Shown here: in pieces, positions 17,309 to 24,078 of the stretch
How positions within the stretch are numbered: position 1 is the first letter of the stretch
How the letters are laid out: every line of letters begins with the position of its first letter
Source: an uncultured Thiotrichaceae bacterium
GTDB lineage: Bacteria; Pseudomonadota; Gammaproteobacteria; SZUA-229
Direction of reading: 5' to 3'
NCBI GenBank assembly: GCA_964421315.1
Contig: CAYQXD010000003.1
Coordinates: 1 to 44,776, forward strand
Length of the DNA stretch: 44,776 nucleotides
Notes under the pieces: generated by a model
What the model saw: only the letters and a program-made list of their open reading frames with translations
The model's database searches: none
What the model was told of the DNA's origin: nothing
Translations under genes and position numbers: made by a program

Positions 17309-18801
17309 GGGGCATATTCCAGCGTGGTAATAAATCGCGCCCACTCCAGCGGGCTGAACGGTGCGGATGCCAGCACACCCAGGATTACCACCAGTATGGC
17401 TGTGAATACCGGCGGCAGCAATAACGCCAATGCGGTTTCATAGCGTCCAAAACAACGTTCACCTGGCCAGTCACCACTCGGCTCTTTGAACCAGGCTACA
17501 TATAAAACGGGCAAAAAGTAAGCGGCATTGAGCAGCCCACTGCCTGCCAGCACAAAAATCACCCAGTCCTGACCAGCTTCCAGTGCGCCGAGGCCCAGAT
17601 ACCATTTACTGATAAACCCTGCCAATGGCGGTGCGCCGATCATGCCGAAAGCCCCGATGGTAAAGGCGGCCATAGTCCAGGGCATGCGTTGTCCGACTCC
17701 ATTCATCTCACTGACTTTATGAATGCCCAGTGTCTCGGCAAGGTTACCCGCGCAGAAAAACAAAGTAATCTTCATTACCCCCTGATGCACCAGATGCACC
17801 ATGCCGCCGATGGTTGCGATGGGACCGACGATGGCGATACCGAGAACAATATAAGAGACCTGGCTGACCGTGGAAAATGCCAGTCGGCGCTTCAGGTTGT
17901 CCTGAAACAGTGCCCGCATCGAAGCATAGATGATGGTCGCAGCTGCCACTATCGCCAACGGCAATGTCACCCCCAGGCTGGCACTAAATTCGATACCAAA
18001 CACATCGTAGACCACCCGTATAATGCCGAAGGCACCCGCCTTTACAACCGCCACTGCATGTAATAATGCGGTAACCGGTGCCGGAGCGACCATTGCTGCT
18101 GGCAACCAGCCATGCAGAGGAATTAATGCTGCCTTTACCCCCAGACCCGTAATTAATAGTACAAATATAACGATTAATGCCGGATGCTGTGAACTGTCCA
18201 GAGCAGACAAAAAACCACGGGCAGTAAATTCCAGTGTACCGGTAATGGTATATAACCAGATAGTACCAAGCAGTAATAAAGCGCCACCAGCGAGGGTATA
18301 AATAAGATAAGTGCGACCGGCTTTGCGTGCCGCCTCGGTTCCCCGATGCACAATTAGCGGGTAGGTTGCCAGGGTCAGCAGTTCATAAAACAGCAGGAAG
18401 GTAATCAGATTGCCAGCCAGCGCGACACCCACCGTTGCAGTCACACAGAGACTGAAAAAGCCAAAGAATCGACTGCGATGCGGCGAATCCTCCAGATAGC
18501 CAATGGCATATATCGTGGTCAGCATCCACAGACCAGCAGAAAGTGCCACAAACAACATAGACAGGGCATCGGCTCGTAATACCAGATCCAGCCCGGGCAA
18601 CAGTGGCAAACGGGTTTCATAGTGATGGCCGTTAAAAACCCCCCACAGCATGAAAGCCACCAGTGCCAGCTTAAGCAAGGCAGCCCCCAGATTTAGCCAG
18701 ACACGAGTCTTAACCCGGTTTTCTGCCAGGGTAAAAATCACCAACCCCGCAATCAGTGAACTAAGTACAATCAATAATGGCAACCAGGCATCCCAGTTCA
18801 T
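17305..18801 (-). CDS. mnhD: Mrp/Mnh subunit D-like (NuoM/N family) antiporter subunit
   Basis: 498 aa with FYELLTLATYP (TM5 Glu) and GVKAALIPLHGWLPAAMVAPAP. There is an ATGA overlap with the upstream gene. Confidence 0.8.
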   Translation of the reverse strand: MNWDAWLPLLIVLSSLIAGLVIFTLAENRVKTRVWLNLGAALLKLALVAFMLWGVFNGHHYETRLPLLPGLDLVLRADALSMLFVALSAGLWMLTTIYAIGYLEDSPHRSRFFGFFSLCVTATVGVALAGNLITFLLFYELLTLATYPLIVHRGTEAARKAGRTYLIYTLAGGALLLLGTIWLYTITGTLEFTARGFLSALDSSQHPALIVIFVLLITGLGVKAALIPLHGWLPAAMVAPAPVTALLHAVAVVKAGAFGIIRVVYDVFGIEFSASLGVTLPLAIVAAATIIYASMRALFQDNLKRRLAFSTVSQVSYIVLGIAIVGPIATIGGMVHLVHQGVMKITLFFCAGNLAETLGIHKVSEMNGVGQRMPWTMAAFTIGAFGMIGAPPLAGFISKWYLGLGALEAGQDWVIFVLAGSGLLNAAYFLPVLYVAWFKEPSGDWPGERCFGRYETALALLLPPVFTAILVVILGVLASAPFSPLEWARFITTLEYAP

Positions 18802-20240
18802 GCTGTGCTACCTGCAAAAGGAAAACCGATATCCATCAATGCCAGCATCCAGGGAGCAAAAAAGCCCAGAGCGATAGCAAGCAATGCCATAACCAATGCC
18901 GTCCATTCCATCCTTCTGGGTACTGCCCTGGACTCATGGAGCAAATCAGACTGAGTAAAAGCAAAACCAATTACTTTAAACACATATGCGCCAGTCAGCA
19001 ATCCACCAACAATCAGCATGATGCCCCACCACCATTGACCTGAACCGATAGCAGCTTCCAGTAACAACCATTTTCCAATAAATCCACCACTGGGTGGCAG
19101 CCCCATAAGGCTGACTCCCGCCAGCGCAAAGGCACTAAGAGTCAACGGTAAATGCCGCGCCACGCGATCAAGATCGGCAATACGATCATGACCACCGTAA
19201 AACAGGATATTACCCGCAGCCATGAACATCGCGGTCTTGGCGACCGCATGGACTAATAGCAGATAAAACGCAGCCTTCCAGCCGATAATGCTGGCCAGCG
19301 GAAACGCCAGAAACAGATAACCGACCTGCACCACAGTCGAATAAGCGACCAGCAATTTAAGCCGTGTCTGACGCAGTGCCTGCACTCCACCCCACAGTAC
19401 TGCAGTCGCACCGAGTAGACCCAGTAACTGAGCCGGTGCCACAGAAGTCATCGGAAAAACATCCAGCCACAGACGCAACAGAATATAAAATGAGGCTTTT
19501 ACCACCAGTGCCGACAACAGCGCACTCACGGGTGCCGGGGCACTGGAATGCGCAGCAGGCAACCAGAAATGCAGAGGGAACAGCGCGGTCTTGAGCAACA
19601 GGCCGGCAGTCATCAAGCCTATGGCTGCCCACACCGCCGGTGTTGACTCTACCCGCTGCGCCAATATCACAATATCGACACTGCCAACACTGTGGTAAAG
19701 CAGAGCAACACCCATAAGATAAAACAATGAACCCAACAGGCTAACCAGCAGATAGCGCATGGCTGCAGTTAAAGCATCAGCACCACCAGACAATGCCACC
19801 AGTGCCACTGCTGCCAGAGCCATCAGTTCCAGCGTGACGTAAAGGTTGAAGATGTCGGCAGAGAGAAACAGGGCATTTAACGCCGCCCACAGGAACATCC
19901 ACAGCGGCCAGAAATGTTTTGCCCTGTCCGGTTGAAAGTAACTGCTAGAATAAATGCTGACAGCCAGACCCACGACAGCAGTCACTATCAGCATTAGCAG
20001 GCTCAAACCATCAGCATAAAGATCAATGCCCAGAGGGGCATCCCAGCCGCCGATGGCGTAGCGTTGTGCGCCTTGCGTTACCATCTGCGCACTCAGTCCA
20101 GCGACGCTGATAACCGTTGCCAATGCGGTAAACAGTGCCAACTGCACACTGTTCCGAGGCCATAAAAAGCAGCTCATCACAGCGACTAATGGCAGTAAAA
20201 TAACCACTACTACCCAGGGTATATCTAGTATTACCTGCAC
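18798..20240 (-). CDS. Mrp/Mnh subunit D-like (NuoN/M family) antiporter subunit
   Basis: 480 aa with YVTLELMALA (TM5 Glu) and LLLKTALFPLHFWLPAAHSSAPAP. Confidence 0.8.
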   Translation of the reverse strand: MQVILDIPWVVVVILLPLVAVMSCFLWPRNSVQLALFTALATVISVAGLSAQMVTQGAQRYAIGGWDAPLGIDLYADGLSLLMLIVTAVVGLAVSIYSSSYFQPDRAKHFWPLWMFLWAALNALFLSADIFNLYVTLELMALAAVALVALSGGADALTAAMRYLLVSLLGSLFYLMGVALLYHSVGSVDIVILAQRVESTPAVWAAIGLMTAGLLLKTALFPLHFWLPAAHSSAPAPVSALLSALVVKASFYILLRLWLDVFPMTSVAPAQLLGLLGATAVLWGGVQALRQTRLKLLVAYSTVVQVGYLFLAFPLASIIGWKAAFYLLLVHAVAKTAMFMAAGNILFYGGHDRIADLDRVARHLPLTLSAFALAGVSLMGLPPSGGFIGKWLLLEAAIGSGQWWWGIMLIVGGLLTGAYVFKVIGFAFTQSDLLHESRAVPRRMEWTALVMALLAIALGFFAPWMLALMDIGFPFAGSTA

Positions 20241-20297
20241 TATTCTAACCTTAAAAAACCAGTTGAATCGTAGCGAGGATGGCTAAGATGCTGAAGG

Positions 20298-20376
20298 TTA
20301 TGGTTTTTTCTGGGTGTTTTGGCTTTGCTCATAGTCACTCTACGGGTGAAGTCAAAACACCCAGAAAAAACCATAA
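20298..20376. repeat. Perfect 24-bp inverted repeat with a 31-nt loop, between mnhC and the first D-like gene
   Basis: ttatggttttttctgggtgttttg (20298-20321) is the exact reverse complement of 20353-20376. Confidence 0.85.
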
Positions 20377-20387
20377 GATTTAGTGTA

Positions 20388-20762
20388 TTAGACATACGCA
20401 GTAGGTTTAACTGATTTTTTAAGGTTTAACGACTCTTTTGCTAATGGCTCTGCAGGCAAGGACTCATCATCAAGTTCGGCACGACCCGTTTTGGCTTTGA
20501 CTCGCAACATCAACGCCAGCGCCAGCGCGGTGGCCGATACCGCTACCACAATGCCGGTAATCACCATGGCATGTGGTACAGCATCGGGTGTTGCACCTTC
20601 GGTGCGAGCTGCCAGTGCAACTAATACCAGGAATACGCCACTGCCCATAATATTAAGGCTAAGAATTTTGCGTAACAAATGCGGATAAATAATCAGCGCA
20701 TACAATCCTAGAGAGAACAGACCGACACCAACCAGTGCGTAGAGAAAAGCAGGATTCATCAT
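20388..20762 (-). CDS. mnhC: Mrp/Mnh subunit C (NuoK-like)
   Basis: 124 aa with three TM segments and typical MnhC size. Position is between the B and D subunits. Confidence 0.75.
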   Translation of the reverse strand: MMNPAFLYALVGVGLFSLGLYALIIYPHLLRKILSLNIMGSGVFLVLVALAARTEGATPDAVPHAMVITGIVVAVSATALALALMLRVKAKTGRAELDDESLPAEPLAKESLNLKKSVKPTAYV

Positions 20763-21493
20763 TAACTATGATCTATGGATGCATCTGTGGCTGCATTTGG
20801 CTCACCACCAAGAAATAAAGCCGCCAGGGTAACGCCAATAGACAAGGTGGCGGCAGCTTCAATCAGTAAAATCAGCACAGCGGAAAATTCCGGCGGATAC
20901 TGCAGAAAATTACCCACCAGCAGCATGGATGCCAAACCCACGATAACAAACACCAGCATACCCGCCACCAGAGTAAATCGTAACGGCAAACCCGCTAACT
21001 TTGGCTCAGGACACCAGCCGCTTAGTAGCAACAACACACCCACCGCCGCCAGTACCGAACCGGCCTGAAAAGCACCACCCGGTGCATGTGCACCGACCCA
21101 CAATAGATAACCAGCAACCAGGATGAATATCGGAACCAGCAGGCGCGACAACATATCCAGCACTTCTCCCGGAGGTGACTGCTGTTGTTGCAAGCGGCTT
21201 TGTGTGGTGCCACCAAGCGACCAGACAGCTAACAGTGCCAACAACAACACGCCCAGTTCCAGCAAGGTGTCATACGCCCTGAAATTAAGCAGCACGGCAG
21301 TAACCGGGTTACTGACACCACTGATTTCAAGATTGACGGCTACAGCTGTACTCAACCCTGATGCCTGTGGTGGCAGTGATAACACAGCATACGCCAGCCC
21401 CGCAGTAAAAACACATAACAACACCATCAACAATAATCGAAATGGCAGCAAATGTTTATTGTTCTCAGTTTTCAACTTTGCCTGCCTCGCCAT
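20762..21493 (-). CDS. mnhB: Mrp/Mnh subunit B-like (MbhE-like)
   Basis: NPVTAVLLNFRAYDTLLELGVLL (MnhB domain) and GAHAPGGAFQAGSVLA. The start may lie downstream of 21493. Confidence 0.75.
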   Translation of the reverse strand: MARQAKLKTENNKHLLPFRLLLMVLLCVFTAGLAYAVLSLPPQASGLSTAVAVNLEISGVSNPVTAVLLNFRAYDTLLELGVLLLALLAVWSLGGTTQSRLQQQQSPPGEVLDMLSRLLVPIFILVAGYLLWVGAHAPGGAFQAGSVLAAVGVLLLLSGWCPEPKLAGLPLRFTLVAGMLVFVIVGLASMLLVGNFLQYPPEFSAVLILLIEAAATLSIGVTLAALFLGGEPNAATDASIDHS

Positions 21494-21770
21494 TCTTCTG
21501 GCCTTCTTTCAGGGCTTTTTTCTGCTGCCCATCTGAGCCAAGCCTGGCCAATGTTGCCAACAACAGCGCACCCGTCAGACCTGCACCAATGGTGGCTTCA
21601 GCCAGAGCTACATCCGGCGCATCAAGCCGCACCCAGGCCAGTGCCATCAATAACCCAAAGGCGATAAACAGCACAATAGCGCGGAATAGATCTGGGCTAG
21701 ACAGTGCCTGCCAGGCAAGCCACAGCAGGGTTAAACCTAAAACAGCATCAAATAACAGCAGTAAATTCAT
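21465..21770 (-). CDS. DUF4040/MbhD-like small membrane subunit (equivalent to the C-terminal part of MrpA)
   Basis: 101 aa with three TM segments (APDVALAEATIGAGLTGALLL). Position is between the G and B subunits, as in Mbh-type modules. Confidence 0.6.
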   Translation of the reverse strand: MNLLLLFDAVLGLTLLWLAWQALSSPDLFRAIVLFIAFGLLMALAWVRLDAPDVALAEATIGAGLTGALLLATLARLGSDGQQKKALKEGQKNGEAGKVEN

Positions 21771-21819
21771 CGCTCCTGCGCTCCCCGCCTATACCTGCGT
21801 AGTAGTGCATCCATGCACG

Positions 21820-22119
21820 TCATCGCTTCCACAATTTAATACCTCGTTGCCGTGCCGCTGTAGCAACCAGGTGAGCAACACTGGCTCCAGCAAGCAGTAC
21901 CAATAACCAGATCAACAACAGCTTGCCCACCACTGCCCATGATTCTGCCTGCAAGGCGAGTCCAAGTATTACTAATCCAAGGCCCACGTTATCGGCCTTG
22001 GTTAATGCATGCAGGCGAGTATAAACATCTGGAAAGCGCAACAGACCCACCGTTCCCGCAAGAAAAAATACCGCTCCGGCAATCAACAATACCGCAGTGA
22101 GAAGGTCAGTCATCAACAT
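21820..22119 (-). CDS. mnhG: Mrp/Mnh subunit G
   Basis: GTVGLLRFPDVYTRLHALTKADNVGLG is the MnhG signature. Confidence 0.8.
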   Translation of the reverse strand: MLMTDLLTAVLLIAGAVFFLAGTVGLLRFPDVYTRLHALTKADNVGLGLVILGLALQAESWAVVGKLLLIWLLVLLAGASVAHLVATAARQRGIKLWKR

Positions 22120-22375
22120 GATTCACCACCCAGACACGACGTGCGAAAGCAACGGCTGTTACTACCGCCAACAGTGCAAATACCAGTGCCACATCACGTA
22201 ATGCTGACTGCTCCAGTGCCTGCGCCAATAAAAGTAAACAGGCAACTGCCGTGGTGCCAAATAATTGTGCGGTCAGCATACGGTCTGCGGCTGTGGGGCC
22301 ATGCATAATCCGCCACAACCCCGCTACCAGCGTTAACAGAAGAAAAACGGCTACCCCTAAATACAATGCATTCAC
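22106..22375 (-). CDS. mnhF: Mrp/Mnh subunit F
   Basis: 89 aa with RIMHGPTAADRMLTAQL, typical of MnhF/PhaF. Confidence 0.75.
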   Translation of the reverse strand: MNALYLGVAVFLLLTLVAGLWRIMHGPTAADRMLTAQLFGTTAVACLLLLAQALEQSALRDVALVFALLAVVTAVAFARRVWVVNHVDD

Positions 22376-22388
22376 AGCACTTTACTCC

Positions 22389-22883
22389 TCACTCGATTAA
22401 ATCCATTAACTTCAGTGCAAACACCTGCGCCACATGTTTCTCTACCATGTTCAATTCTGAGGCGAAACCAGCCATTTGGTCGAGTACATGCACATGCAGG
22501 TATTCTGCGTCCAGCTCAGCGCTTAATGTGCCTGGCAGTAAACTCACCACATTTGCCATAAAAACCCGTGGCAGACCCGGCGGTAGCCGCCAGCGGTAAG
22601 CCACTATTTCTGGTGAAATCGGTAGCCGCGGGTGCAACGCTCGCCTGGCGACGTCAATACCACCACACAAAGAACGCCAGAGAAAAAAAGGGATGAATCG
22701 CAATATTCCTGATAAGGATAACGGAATACTCGGCAGCAACAATACGCTGGCAAACGTCGCTAAAACAATCACCGGCACACCAATAAACCAGGAATCTGTC
22801 GCAGTTTCTGTAATCACCCACCATAATATTGCGAACAGGACGATGCGAAAACTGACGGCAGAAAATGTTGTTGAAATTGTCAT
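22389..22883 (-). CDS. mnhE: Mrp/Mnh subunit E
   Basis: 164 aa with VVSLLPGTLSAELDAEYLHVHVLD, an MnhE-like motif. Confidence 0.75.
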   Translation of the reverse strand: MTISTTFSAVSFRIVLFAILWWVITETATDSWFIGVPVIVLATFASVLLLPSIPLSLSGILRFIPFFLWRSLCGGIDVARRALHPRLPISPEIVAYRWRLPPGLPRVFMANVVSLLPGTLSAELDAEYLHVHVLDQMAGFASELNMVEKHVAQVFALKLMDLIE

Positions 22884-22948
22884 AAGCGAGGTAGTCGTTA
22901 TTGCATAAACATGTGCATTGGCAATTGTAGTGTGGGCATGCTTTCACA

Positions 22949-23947
22949 TTAGCAGATACGCGGCAGCGGATCATCTTCCAGCTCTTCGAGTATGCGCTCA
23001 CCACCAATAGCGGTTTCCATTAACACATATGATATTTCTGAATCAATAAAACCGATAATTGCCGCATCTTTGCCTTCCTCAAGCGCTTGCCAGGCTGTCA
23101 GTAGTGCTTGCGATTGCGTCGGTTCCACCACAGCAACCACCCGCCCTTCGCAGGCGAGATACATGGGGTCGTAACCCAGCATGTCACATACAGACTGCAC
23201 CGGATCACGCACTGGCAGTTTGCTCTCTGACAATCTGACCCCCATAGAAGTTGCACGAAATAATTCCGAGCAAACAGTGGCAATGCCACCCCGGGTTGGG
23301 TCACGCATAAAACGCAGACCTTTATGTTTCATCGCAGCGGTTGTTAGATTTAATACGCTGGCCGCATCCGATTGAATATCGCCACGCAAACCAAATTCTT
23401 CTCTCGCCAACATTACCGCAATGCCGTGATCGCCAACCGGACCACTGACAATAATGGTATCTCCATGTTGAATATTTTTCATCGACATGACATGGCCGGC
23501 ACGAATACCAACACCGGTGGTGGCAAGATACAACCCCCCGCCTTCACCACGGCGTAAAACTTTGGTGTCGCCACAAACCACTTTGACACCAATTTCTGCT
23601 GCGGTTTCTGCCAACGTTTTTATAATGCGCTCCAGGGTGGCAATTTCCAGACCTTCTTCGATGAAGGCATTCAGGCTTAAATACTTTGGGATAGCACCGG
23701 CCACCGCAAGGTCATTGGTGGTGCCATGCACTGCAAGTGAACCAATGTTGCCGCCGGGGAATTCTAGCGGCTGCACGGTAAAACCATCGGTAGTAAACAT
23801 TACATCACCATCAAGTATTATCGGCACGGCATCGGCTTGCACATCTAAATCCGGATTAGCCAGGTGACGTGCAAAAATCTCTTCGATAAGTTCGCGCATG
23901 TAACGACCGCCATTGCCGTGTGCCAGTGAGATGTGTGTGTCTTGCAT
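22949..23947 (-). CDS. hypE: [NiFe] hydrogenase maturation protein HypE (carbamoyl dehydratase)
   Basis: 332 aa with an AIR-synthase-like fold and the C-terminal PRIC motif. Confidence 0.95.
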   Translation of the reverse strand: MQDTHISLAHGNGGRYMRELIEEIFARHLANPDLDVQADAVPIILDGDVMFTTDGFTVQPLEFPGGNIGSLAVHGTTNDLAVAGAIPKYLSLNAFIEEGLEIATLERIIKTLAETAAEIGVKVVCGDTKVLRRGEGGGLYLATTGVGIRAGHVMSMKNIQHGDTIIVSGPVGDHGIAVMLAREEFGLRGDIQSDAASVLNLTTAAMKHKGLRFMRDPTRGGIATVCSELFRATSMGVRLSESKLPVRDPVQSVCDMLGYDPMYLACEGRVVAVVEPTQSQALLTAWQALEEGKDAAIIGFIDSEISYVLMETAIGGERILEELEDDPLPRIC

Positions 23948-23973
23948 TTTTATTTACCTGCTTGTTTTTTTAC

Positions 23974-24061
23974 CACAGAGAACACAGAGGGCACAGAGAA
24001 AAATTGGGTTATAGTAATTTGCGCGAAGCACAAACAATAAAAAAACTCTGTGTTCTCTGTG
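23974..24061. repeat. Palindromic element with perfect 16-bp arms (cacagagaacacagag) between hypF and hypE
   Basis: The left arm at 23974-23989 is the exact reverse complement of the right arm at 24046-24061. The left side also has the internal reiteration cacagag-aacacagag-ggcacagag. Confidence 0.85.
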
Positions 24062-24078
24062 TCTGTAATAAAAGATTT

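Noticed and set aside
15992-17344. Long N-terminal extensions given by the ORF track: 15992-17344, 2502-3035, 28657-29040, 39389-40294 and 63-323.
   Set aside because: The extensions overlap the preceding genes or lack family-typical sequence. Internal starts that give stop/start coupling, a Shine-Dalgarno or the canonical N-terminal motif (for example MHE for HypA) were preferred.
14192-23947. Interpretation of the hypE-adjacent Mrp module as a complete membrane-bound energy-converting (group 4, Mbh-type) hydrogenase.
   Set aside because: No NuoB-, NuoC/D-, NuoH- or NuoI-like, or group 4 large or small subunit genes are present between or next to the Mrp genes. Only the antiporter-type membrane subunits are seen.
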